Source: a virus (Duplodnaviria; Caudoviricetes). From it: a DNA stretch of 26,966 nucleotides. Each line of letters opens with the position of its first letter. Positions within the stretch are counted from its first letter, which is position 1. Shown here piece by piece: positions 1-7,775 of the stretch. Under the pieces are notes generated by a model. The model ran no database searches and was not told the origin of the DNA. It saw nothing but the letters and a program-made list of their open reading frames with translations. The stretch covers positions 1-26,966 of the IMG/VR virus record IMGVR_UViG_3300017903_003336. The stretch is one strand, 5' to 3'. A program made the translations under genes and the position numbers.

Positions 1-314
1 ACATCAGGTAGGTCGTCTCTGTGCGGATTCAGGAACCGTGCTACCGGTATTCCCCACTCCACAGGATCTACATCTGTTATGCCAAGTAGGTAGCAGACAA
101 GAGACGAACCGGCCGAACCTCGAGTCATGTGTGGTATGTCTCTGGTTATTGCCAGTATGTCACATATTTGGATGAAATAGTCTACGAAACGTAGTTGAAG
201 GATGATTTGAGTTTCCTCAGCGAGCCTTTGCGTGTATTCTTCTGTGCCTGGGCATTGCCTAATGAATCTATCGTACAGCCTTGTTATATCGTTTAGTTCT
301 TTGGCTTTTTTCAT
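1..314 (-). CDS. dnaE: DNA polymerase III alpha (DnaE)-like protein lacking the N-terminal PHP domain; runs off the window edge; not in the ORF track
   Basis: Manual translation from ATG at 314: MKKAKELNDITRLYDRFIRQCPGTEEYTQRLAEETQIILQLRFVDYFIQICDILAITRDIPHMTRGSAGSSLVCYLLGITDVDPVEWGIPVARFLNPHRDDLPDV..., matching the DnaE palm signature RL..E...I...gF..YF ... RGSxxgSLvxYxLgITxxDP ... RFLNPxR..xPDxD. Confidence 0.9.
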   Translation of the reverse strand, partial: MKKAKELNDITRLYDRFIRQCPGTEEYTQRLAEETQIILQLRFVDYFIQICDILAITRDIPHMTRGSAGSSLVCYLLGITDVDPVEWGIPVARFLNPHRDDLPD

Positions 315-357
315 TGCCTATGTTTGCCTGTTGTTGCCTTGAGCAACTATATTTATC
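315..357 (-). promoter_or_regulatory. dnaE leader: late-type GATAAATA box followed by three AGGCA repeats
   Basis: Minus strand reads GATAAATATAGTTGCTCAAGGCAACAACAGGCAAACATAGGCA-ATG; shares AGGCAACAACA and AACATAGGCA with the SSB leader. Confidence 0.6.
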
Positions 358-403
358 TACGTACATTATGTTATTTGAAATTATTGGCCAAATAGTAGCA
401 CAC

Positions 404-410
404 TTAAATA
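404..410 (+). promoter_or_regulatory. Putative late-type promoter (TTAAATA)
   Basis: TTAAATA 7 nt upstream of ATG 418; similar to the T4 late consensus TATAAATA and recurs at similar spacing at 4796 and 19388. Confidence 0.5.
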
Positions 411-417
411 TTGGACG

Positions 418-1554
418 ATGACTGTGTACTGTGCAAATAAATTCACTTACTTGAAAATTGATCTGGAAAAAAGACTTTTGTATAATTGTCACGAAGCCTA
501 CCCACACCGTATATCTATAGACTGGTTGTCTAATAATCCAGGAAAACTTTTTAACACCGAAATAATGAAGGAAGAAAGAAAGCAAATGTTGTCGGGAATT
601 AAAAATAAAAGTTGTTATTACAAATGTTATAAGGCAGAGGACGACGGTGACGTAAGTTTAAGACAAATTGTGATGCAATACAAAAAGCCTTTTTACAGTA
701 GTGTTGAAGCGGAAGTGGAAACGCTTGACGTGATGTTGAACACCGATTGTAATTTGAGTTGTGTTTATTGTGGGGGAATGTTTAGTTCTACATGGAGGAG
801 AGAAATAAAAAAGCACGGCTTGTATGATAACTTGGAAAAAAATTGGAATGATGTTTACGATAAAGCATCTCAAAAAGAAAAATCCCAATCTCGTTTCATG
901 GACTTGTTTTACAACGAAATTGGTTATATGAAAAAATTAAAGAAAGTATCAATCACAGGAGGAGAACCGTTGCTGTCTAACAATTTGATTGACTTGATCG
1001 ATGTCTGTCCAAGTGATGCAGAAATACAGATTCACTCAGGACTGGGAGTGAGTGAAAGTAGATTTATGAATATGTTGGACAAACTACAGGATGTTAAAAA
1101 TTTAGTTTTTTGCATAAGCGGAGAAAATACAGGTGACCTATACAATTTCACTAGATTCAATAATTCATTTGAAAAGTTTGAGAGGTTCGTAGAGACTATA
1201 AAAAGCAAAAATATTAAAATAAAGTTTGTGGCCACGGTCTCTAATTTAACAATGTTTGGTTTACGTGATTTTTATGATCGTTTTGGTCATGGTGCACAAG
1301 TGGAGTACGGCACTTTATCACATCCGGTTTTCCTTTTGAAGCACATTATAGATGAGGATAGCAAAAATAGTTTAATTAAACAATGGTCGGGTAGTAATGA
1401 CGACTTTGGTAGATATGTTTTACAAGGTCTAGAACGCGGTCCAACTGATATAGAGAGGAAGCAACTTTCACTATATCTCAAGCAGATAAGTCAAAGACGT
1501 AACTTATCCTTGGATGTGTTTCCAAAAACGTTTATAAAATGGCTTGAACTCTGA
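418..1554 (+). CDS. Radical SAM protein with N-terminal Cys-rich (twitch/SPASM-like) region
   Basis: CNLSCVYC (CxxxCxxC), ITGGEPLL motif, N-terminal C..CH..CYYKC. Confidence 0.85.
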   Translation: MTVYCANKFTYLKIDLEKRLLYNCHEAYPHRISIDWLSNNPGKLFNTEIMKEERKQMLSGIKNKSCYYKCYKAEDDGDVSLRQIVMQYKKPFYSSVEAEVETLDVMLNTDCNLSCVYCGGMFSSTWRREIKKHGLYDNLEKNWNDVYDKASQKEKSQSRFMDLFYNEIGYMKKLKKVSITGGEPLLSNNLIDLIDVCPSDAEIQIHSGLGVSESRFMNMLDKLQDVKNLVFCISGENTGDLYNFTRFNNSFEKFERFVETIKSKNIKIKFVATVSNLTMFGLRDFYDRFGHGAQVEYGTLSHPVFLLKHIIDEDSKNSLIKQWSGSNDDFGRYVLQGLERGPTDIERKQLSLYLKQISQRRNLSLDVFPKTFIKWLEL

Positions 1555-2988
1555 TTAGATTTCTTCATCTGAATGCAGTTCATTCAGCAGTTGTCTCAGT
1601 TTACCGCCTTCAACATTGGCTTTGACTTTGCCAATATTATCGCCTTTGGTGGGATCCGGCACTTCTGGTTGTGCGTCTGTTTTGTCTGTGCTGACTTTGG
1701 ATTTTTGTTTTAGCGAATCGTATATTGTGCTTCGTTGTTTGTCAAACTGTTTGTATTCTGGATCATCTGCCAAGTCTCTGATTCTCAAACTGTCAACATC
1801 AAATTCCAAGTCAACTTTCTGTCCCACACCCGAACTTGATCTAGTTTTCATGAACTGTATCTGATATCTGCCACGTTCTTTCATTGCCCTTGATGTGAAT
1901 ATACCAATCACGTTGTCTGCTGTCTGTATCTTGGATAGTCCACCTGCTATGTGCGAATGATCAAACTCTATCTCTTCAACAGATGCCCTGTTCAACTGTG
2001 ATGCTGTTGCCAGCAACATCTGTGATTCCACAGCAAAGTTTCTCAGTTCCTCAGATACATATTTGTCTTTAATAAACAAGTCGCTCGGCGAAACACGTTT
2101 GCTTTTTGGCATCATCAAATCTAAATAGTCGATCAAAATACAATCCACTTTCTTTTTTGTTTTTAGTTCTAGTTCTTTGATGTAAGTTTTCACATCCAAA
2201 ATTGTACTGCCCGATGGCAAGTATTTGATGTAAAGTTCTCCGGATTTCTTTGCCAACATTTTTACTTTCATTTCAACATTGTCGATTTCTGGGAAAACTT
2301 TTTTAGTTGGAATGTTGGTCATCATGGCATCCAGTCTCATCGCTGTAAGTTCTTCACTCAATTCAAATGAGATGTACACAGTATTCAAACCAGCAGTTGA
2401 CCAATTCACTGCAAGATTCTGCAAGAACAAACTTTTACCTGCGCCTGATCCACCTGCAAAAATGTTTAGTTCACCTCGGTTAAATCCACCGAACAGTTTC
2501 TTGTCGAGATTTGGCCAACCTGTGCTGACTTGTCCATTGGAGTTTTTAAGTTTCTCCAATCTACCTTTTGGATCTTCAAAGTAGTCTGTACCAAGATCTT
2601 TTGTCAGTCCCACACTCACTGCGTCTTTGACCATGTCCTCTACTGGAGCATAGTCTCCTTTTTCCAGCAAGTCTGCTGACTGCAATATGGCACGTTCCAG
2701 TGCCTTGTGTCTTGAAAACGTTTCAAATTCATCAAGTAACCAGTTGAAATGGCTTGGATCTAGATCTTTGGCCGATTTTAATTTTATATCGTGTTTGGCA
2801 TTTACTTGTTCAACATCAGGAAGCACTTTGTATTCTTCCATGTAGTCTTTGATAAATTTTGCAATTGGTTGCAGTTTTCTATCAAACGACTCCGGCCGGA
2901 AAATGTTCTGTGCTCTAGCAAATGATTCGGCATCCGCCAACATCATTTCTATATAAAGTTTTTGTACATCAAAAGTGTAATCAGCCAT
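1555..2988 (-). CDS. 41: Replicative DNA helicase, T4 gp41/DnaB family
   Basis: Walker A GGSGAGKS, YISFELSE, ILIDYLDLM, ATASQLNR, QFMKTRSS; overlaps primase stop. Confidence 0.93.
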   Translation of the reverse strand: MADYTFDVQKLYIEMMLADAESFARAQNIFRPESFDRKLQPIAKFIKDYMEEYKVLPDVEQVNAKHDIKLKSAKDLDPSHFNWLLDEFETFSRHKALERAILQSADLLEKGDYAPVEDMVKDAVSVGLTKDLGTDYFEDPKGRLEKLKNSNGQVSTGWPNLDKKLFGGFNRGELNIFAGGSGAGKSLFLQNLAVNWSTAGLNTVYISFELSEELTAMRLDAMMTNIPTKKVFPEIDNVEMKVKMLAKKSGELYIKYLPSGSTILDVKTYIKELELKTKKKVDCILIDYLDLMMPKSKRVSPSDLFIKDKYVSEELRNFAVESQMLLATASQLNRASVEEIEFDHSHIAGGLSKIQTADNVIGIFTSRAMKERGRYQIQFMKTRSSSGVGQKVDLEFDVDSLRIRDLADDPEYKQFDKQRSTIYDSLKQKSKVSTDKTDAQPEVPDPTKGDNIGKVKANVEGGKLRQLLNELHSDEEI

Positions 2989-3994
2989 ACATTTTTCTCT
3001 TCAAGTTGATCTTTAATTTGTTTGTCTCTGTGCTTTTCAATATCGATTGCATTGTAAACAGTCTACCATATTTTAACACAGCATCCGCCACATCGTCAAC
3101 ATCATCTTGCCACTCCGGAAATGCAACACTCCAACCAAACTCTATTGCTTGGTTTATTAATTTTTCTCCCGGTTTGTCTCTGTCAGGAACTACTATGATT
3201 TGTCTGTTCAACCCTTCTATCAACTCTCGCTGTGTGTCATTTATCTCTGAGCCAAGAATGCTGACACCAGAAGTGGTAATTGCATCAAATGGACCTTCTG
3301 TCACAAGCACAAACTTCCTGTCCCAACTTTGTGCATCCATGTTGAACACATATCCCGGTTGTACTTCGGTCACGTATTTTATTTTTTCAGCATTTTCAAA
3401 AAGTCTACCTGTGTATCCAACAACATCACCTCGCCAATAAAAAGGAATTATCACTCTTTGATCAAAGTTAAAGTAGAAGTCTGGCGAATACATGAAATCG
3501 TACCATGTTGGATCTATTCCTCTTCCCTCGAGATATTTTAATAAGCCGTCAATTTTTTTATATTGCGGCGCTGTCAAATCTTCGGCTACATACTTTTCTA
3601 GCCAAACTGCCAAACTATTTGTGTTCTTGGGCATTTGTTTTTTGTGGAATGTTACAAATTTTTTCTTTTCATATTTTGTTTCGCCTTCTTCATGACGCAT
3701 TGCCTCTATCGCAAGTTTCTTAATTGTGTCATCTGGTATACCGATGTAACTCATGAATGTTCTCATACGTTGTGTTAATCTTCTGCCTATCACGTACGAA
3801 GCCTTGTAACCACAGTTGAAGCAGTGATAACTCACAGTGCCGTCCGCACTGTTCATGATGCCACCACGCTTTTTCTTGTCTGCTGATTCTCCGTTGTGTA
3901 CACAACAAGGTGCGTTGAAACTTATCCATCCGGATGGAGTCTTCTTTTTTGCCGCAGGCAAACTGGTCATAATTGTAGACTGGATCAGGTTCAT
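2981..3994 (-). CDS. 61: DNA primase, DnaG/T4 gp61 type
   Basis: N-terminal Zn ribbon (CCVH...YHCFNC), RVIIPF...GYTGR, TOPRIM VTEGPFDA and PDRD. Confidence 0.92.
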   Translation of the reverse strand: MNLIQSTIMTSLPAAKKKTPSGWISFNAPCCVHNGESADKKKRGGIMNSADGTVSYHCFNCGYKASYVIGRRLTQRMRTFMSYIGIPDDTIKKLAIEAMRHEEGETKYEKKKFVTFHKKQMPKNTNSLAVWLEKYVAEDLTAPQYKKIDGLLKYLEGRGIDPTWYDFMYSPDFYFNFDQRVIIPFYWRGDVVGYTGRLFENAEKIKYVTEVQPGYVFNMDAQSWDRKFVLVTEGPFDAITTSGVSILGSEINDTQRELIEGLNRQIIVVPDRDKPGEKLINQAIEFGWSVAFPEWQDDVDDVADAVLKYGRLFTMQSILKSTETNKLKINLKRKMYG

Positions 3995-4003
3995 ATAACC
4001 TAT

Positions 4004-4032
4004 ATTTTACTGTCTATAAAGGATTTTGTCAA
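4004..4032 (-). promoter_or_regulatory. Sigma70-type promoter for primase-helicase
   Basis: TTGACA-17 nt-TAAAAT, mostly within the 3' end of the upstream gene; ATG 9 nt after the -10. Confidence 0.7.
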
Positions 4033-4789
4033 TCTTTCCTGTATTACCAGAATCGTTGTCCCAACTGAATCTCACATTATGGTAAACACCTGTAAAGTTC
4101 AATGTGCTCACCGACGATGCACTAGAAAATGTCGTTGATGTTACTTCAAAGTAATCTGCATCTGCTGGCGAACTTGCCATGGTGCCCTGCACAATTAGTT
4201 TGCCACTAAAACTTTGGGGATATATTGCAACTGTGTGTAATGCCTTGTTATTATTGATGCCCGGTCTAGCGTCGATGCTGGAAGATGTGTATTGTAATGG
4301 ACCACCCGTGCCTGTGAACTGTGTTATAGCAGTGCTGGCAGTGAATTCTGGATATGCACCGTCTAGTATTTCTATTGTGCCTGCGGAAGCATAACCTGTG
4401 TCTGCATATGTGACTTCCCTGCTACCATCTGATTTCACTTCTCTCACAGCAAAGTTATAAAATTTTGAGTCTAATGACAGCAGATCGCCTTCTGTAATTG
4501 TGCAACTTGCATCACCTTTCGTGCTCACTGTTGAGCCATCGTCTAGTATCGTTAATGTTTTTGTAACCACCGCTTTCTTTGATTCTGCGTCTATCATGCT
4601 GAATTCATAGGTTTTTGAAGTGATGTCCTGTGCTTTCTGGTCCTCGTTTTTGAACGTGAACGTGATGGGATTATTGACCCCTCTGTGTAATGTTAAGCGT
4701 CTATCGTACACTTTTGAGTTCCTTCCATGATAACCATTTACGTAGGCGATTACCAACTGTGATAGTAAATACCTTGAGACTGTTTGCAT
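4007..4789 (-). CDS. Probable virion structural protein (beta-rich; BppU-N-like N-terminal half)
   Basis: 260 aa rich in Thr/Ser/Gly; pattern LHRGVNNPITFTFKNEDQKAQDIT...GDASCTITEGDL; perfect TATAAATA late box upstream. Confidence 0.5.
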   Translation of the reverse strand: MQTVSRYLLSQLVIAYVNGYHGRNSKVYDRRLTLHRGVNNPITFTFKNEDQKAQDITSKTYEFSMIDAESKKAVVTKTLTILDDGSTVSTKGDASCTITEGDLLSLDSKFYNFAVREVKSDGSREVTYADTGYASAGTIEILDGAYPEFTASTAITQFTGTGGPLQYTSSSIDARPGINNNKALHTVAIYPQSFSGKLIVQGTMASSPADADYFEVTSTTFSSASSVSTLNFTGVYHNVRFSWDNDSGNTGKIDKILYRQ

Positions 4790-4795
4790 AGTACA

Positions 4796-4813
4796 TATTT
4801 AACAGTATTTATA
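4796..4813 (-). promoter_or_regulatory. T4-type late promoter(s): TATAAATA plus downstream TTAAATA
   Basis: Minus strand TATAAATA (4806-4813) and TTAAATA (4796-4802), the latter 6 nt before ATG 4789. Confidence 0.7.
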
Positions 4814-4821
4814 GATAGAGC

Positions 4822-5196
4822 ATGAACGAAATTTTTAACACATTAAAGGACAAGTTCCCTTTTTTGAGCCTGATCCGAAAGGGTGATCTCGAATTTGTTG
4901 GCATAGTGCAGAATGAGGATGTCAACGTGATAAGTTTTTACGACTACGGACGACTCATGATGCCACAGGATAAGATGAGATTTCTCAAATGTGGAGAAAC
5001 ATGGTGGTACGAATCCAATAGGAAATTACCAATCAATATATTCCTTAAAGGAGATTTTAGATACTTTAGATCAACGTTGGTAACACTTAACAGCAAGGAT
5101 GTAAAGATTGTTGCAGGACCTACAGTGAAGTTGTCTGAGATTTCAAAAAAGAGGGTGAAACGTCGTACAATCCAATTGGTAAGAAAACCTATCTAG
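4822..5196 (+). CDS. Hypothetical protein (124 aa, basic C-terminus)
   Basis: Clean ORF divergent from 4789 that fills the gap; WWYESNRKLPINIFL segment; no recognisable family motif. Confidence 0.75.
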   Translation: MNEIFNTLKDKFPFLSLIRKGDLEFVGIVQNEDVNVISFYDYGRLMMPQDKMRFLKCGETWWYESNRKLPINIFLKGDFRYFRSTLVTLNSKDVKIVAGPTVKLSEISKKRVKRRTIQLVRKPI

Positions 5197-5350
5197 TCTT
5201 ATTTTTTTCAGGAAGCACAGCACCCGTTGTGATATAGTGTTGTGTTAACCCACTATCCGGCTGATAACTGCTATACTCTGCACGATATGAAGACTTGAAT
5301 TTTTGTTTGGATTTTTTGGATATTTTTTTCTTAGTTTTTTGACGTCGCAT
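5189..5350 (-). CDS. Small basic hypothetical protein (53 aa), not in the ORF track
   Basis: MRRQKTKKKISKKSKQKFKSSYRAEYSSYQPDSGLTQHYITTGAVLPEKNKTR; fills an otherwise empty gap; GATAAATA box 8 nt upstream. Confidence 0.55.
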   Translation of the reverse strand: MRRQKTKKKISKKSKQKFKSSYRAEYSSYQPDSGLTQHYITTGAVLPEKNKTR

Positions 5351-5921
5351 CAAAACTATATTTATCGCGAGTGATCAAATTCATCTGGACAACTATCGCT
5401 TGTGCATATGCAACCGCATGCGATTTTTTGAAAAAGTAACTGCCATCTGCCGGTCTTACCCAGACTTCCTTCATGATGTCTTGCCAATCCTTGTGCATTA
5501 GGTGTCTTTTAGCCGGACGTATGATTGCAAGTACAGCCGCAAGTTGCTCAATATTACGAGGTTCCAGTTGTGAAACAATTTTGAAATGTCCGTTTAAATG
5601 GAACAGTTGGTCCACAATTTTTATGTCTTTCAACATATCCCAATCCGGTTCTTGTATCATTAGTTCAACAAGTTCCTGTTCTGATTTAACATCTTTGTAA
5701 ATGTTGACGTTCAACATATCTATTTTGAAGTATCCACGATCCTCTGCTTTTTTGTAGTCAATTGTGCTGTGTCCAGTTACAGGATGTTCTGGAACCGCAT
5801 GGAAGTATACTCCTGTTTTGTGCTTCTCAGTTTTGTCATCCTTGATTATAGTGGCAGGGGTATGCTTAAACAATTTTAATACACCGTCTCTGTCGTAAAA
5901 ATCTATGTCTACATCAGGCAT
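5331..5921 (-). CDS. Miniature DNA polymerase III alpha (DnaE) catalytic module, 196 aa
   Basis: Collinear DnaE motifs MPDVDIDF, KHKTGVYF (HAxGvvi), GYFKIDMLNV (GLxKxDxLGL), EPRNIEQLAAVLAIIRPA, YFFKKSHAVAYA (YxFNKSHxxAY). Confidence 0.85.
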   Translation of the reverse strand: MPDVDIDFYDRDGVLKLFKHTPATIIKDDKTEKHKTGVYFHAVPEHPVTGHSTIDYKKAEDRGYFKIDMLNVNIYKDVKSEQELVELMIQEPDWDMLKDIKIVDQLFHLNGHFKIVSQLEPRNIEQLAAVLAIIRPAKRHLMHKDWQDIMKEVWVRPADGSYFFKKSHAVAYAQAIVVQMNLITRDKYSFDATSKN

Positions 5922-6163
5922 TAGTGTACAGTGCCTTTCCTAACTTTATCATGATATTTTTCAAACTCGTCTTTGGTTCCTGGCTTTAAAATTTCCAAAA
6001 CTTGTAACATCTTGTGATATCCTAAACTATTTTTTACATCCACATTCATTTCTGGCATACACACTTTACCAATCTCTCCGTTGTGTTTGATGTGTAAAAT
6101 CATATCTCCATCCTCTAGATCAAAATCCAATTCATGATCAATTTCTAGTTTTACTCTACTCAA
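5921..6163 (-). CDS. Hypothetical protein (80 aa, TTG start)
   Basis: AAGGAGG Shine-Dalgarno 6 nt before TTG at 6163; its stop overlaps the mini-dnaE start (TAATG). Confidence 0.7.
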   Translation of the reverse strand: MSRVKLEIDHELDFDLEDGDMILHIKHNGEIGKVCMPEMNVDVKNSLGYHKMLQVLEILKPGTKDEFEKYHDKVRKGTVH

Positions 6164-6842
6164 TTTTGGCCTCCTTGGCTGTTTCCTGCACAAACAATTG
6201 ATCAGCGGGAGAACTTTTTATTTTTTGTGTCCAAAATTCTAAACTTATGTATTTTGCGATCATTTGTAATTGCTCGTCGTTAAATGATTGTAACAGACTT
6301 TTACCTGCTTTGCAACCAAGCAACAACCATGGTGAAATTTTTCCTTGTTGTATGTGTTGCACTGCTCTGTTTGTATTGACCAATCGGAAGTAGTCGGCCC
6401 ATTGTGCGTTTTGTTCGACAGCCCAATCCATCATTGTGGCAATAGATCTTTGTAGTGCCGACTCGACTGGTTCGGCTTTCAATGTCTCGACCAGATAGGC
6501 TTCGTACAAGTCGTCCCTAGCCCAGTGATCCAATTTTATTTTTGATAATATCACATAGTCGATGTACTTTTCTGGATACAGCGGATTTATATGCATCATG
6601 AAACGACCAAATTTGACAAATGCGTTGTAATAAGGACTTTTGCAGAAGTCATCATAGTTTTTTTCTTTGCCACCTCGTTGATGTATTTCATAAAATCTTT
6701 GAAAAACAATAAATGCGTTTTGCACCCACTTTTCATTTTTTTGCAGGAAACGTCTTTTTGGCTCACACAAATGAACCTGCAAAGTTCTTTCTCGTATGAA
6801 TTCTTTACCGCAATAGGTACACTTATTTGGATTCAATTCCAT
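6156..6842 (-). CDS. Phage protein with N-terminal zinc finger; possibly gp59-like helicase loader
   Basis: CTYCGKEF.....LQVHLC (C2HC); helical body with QHIQQGKISPWLLL. The gp59 resemblance is weak inference. Confidence 0.5.
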   Translation of the reverse strand: MELNPNKCTYCGKEFIRERTLQVHLCEPKRRFLQKNEKWVQNAFIVFQRFYEIHQRGGKEKNYDDFCKSPYYNAFVKFGRFMMHINPLYPEKYIDYVILSKIKLDHWARDDLYEAYLVETLKAEPVESALQRSIATMMDWAVEQNAQWADYFRLVNTNRAVQHIQQGKISPWLLLGCKAGKSLLQSFNDEQLQMIAKYISLEFWTQKIKSSPADQLFVQETAKEAKIE

Positions 6843-7278
6843 GTGATTCTAAAAGTTCCTCTAGTTCCTTGTCTGTGATCACTGCGTCCAGCGTTTCAAG
6901 ATCCGATTCCTTCATGTTCGGATACAATTTCTGTAGTTGTTTCAAACTTTTGTTTGGCACACGTTTCATTGGTTTGATCCATGGATGGAATTGTTGTTTG
7001 AGAGCACCACACATGGCAGTCAGTATCCATAGCAATTTTTTATGTTTTGATCCGAGTGTAAAGCAGTGCTTGTTCACACACTCGTTGACCATTTCAACAT
7101 AATGCTCAACATAAAATTGGTCTTTAGATGAAACACTCGAAACATATCTCATCAGCATATATGGCGAGTACAAACTTTTTTCGTGATCGTCTATTCTGTC
7201 GTAATAATCCTTGTTACGGAAGTCCACTGCTTTAAGTCCGTTCCTTAATTCAAAAAATTTTCTTTTCTTTTCTACCAT
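6823..7278 (-). CDS. 62: Clamp loader small subunit, T4 gp62-like (start revised to MVEKKRKFF)
   Basis: YSPYMLMRYVS...EMVNE...FHPWIK pattern and ~150 aa size resemble gp62; replication-module context. Confidence 0.6.
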   Translation of the reverse strand: MVEKKRKFFELRNGLKAVDFRNKDYYDRIDDHEKSLYSPYMLMRYVSSVSSKDQFYVEHYVEMVNECVNKHCFTLGSKHKKLLWILTAMCGALKQQFHPWIKPMKRVPNKSLKQLQKLYPNMKESDLETLDAVITDKELEELLESHGIESK

Positions 7279-7775
7279 ACCGATCCGTAATCTATTTGTT
7301 CGCTTTGCCTTGATATGTCTTTGACGAAGTAAGCACAAATGGGTTTCGGCCCGTTGGTAAGAGGCACTGCAAGTAATTGTCCGGATTTGATTTTTGGGAA
7401 GTACCATTTCACTTCGGTGTATATGTCAACAACATCGATTGGGTAAAAGTCCGGCTTACTGCTTGAAAGTGGATTAAAAGTAAAAGCATCAAAACCTCTG
7501 TCGTTAAGACTTGTTATTGGAAGTACATGCATCTCTGGTTGTCCTTGTTCTCCAATTAGCATCTTCCAGTCCAACGGCATTTTGATTTTGTGCTTACCTA
7601 TTTCTAGCACTGCCGCAGGTGAATTAAAACTTTCTAAGAAAATCAAAGGAATGTAGAAGAAGTCTGGATTTTCCGGATCCGAATTGTCCAGCACAGCAAA
7701 CCTAAGTTTTTCATCCACGTACTCTGGTATCTTCTCTAATGGATAACTGCGATCGTCAAGTGTTAGTATCTTCAT
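7272..7775 (-). CDS. Hypothetical protein, possible degenerate Hint-fold
   Basis: 167-aa beta-rich ORF overlapping uvsW end; see findings. Confidence 0.6.
   Translation of the reverse strand: MKILTLDDRSYPLEKIPEYVDEKLRFAVLDNSDPENPDFFYIPLIFLESFNSPAAVLEIGKHKIKMPLDWKMLIGEQGQPEMHVLPITSLNDRGFDAFTFNPLSSSKPDFYPIDVVDIYTEVKWYFPKIKSGQLLAVPLTNGPKPICAYFVKDISRQSEQIDYGSVW

Noticed and set aside
268-585. 105-aa minus-strand ORF from the track
   Set aside because: Overlaps both the radical SAM gene and the real dnaE start in another frame; no motifs
1-5921. Idea that the left-edge dnaE and the mini-dnaE are two halves of one gene split by an insertion or intron
   Set aside because: Both contain the PDV motif, the order on the minus strand is the reverse of that required, and the intervening genes are core replication genes
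5922-6163. Frameshift or read-through giving the mini-DnaE a longer N-terminus
   Set aside because: In-frame TAG at 5940-5942, and the upstream ORF has no RGS or RFLNP motif
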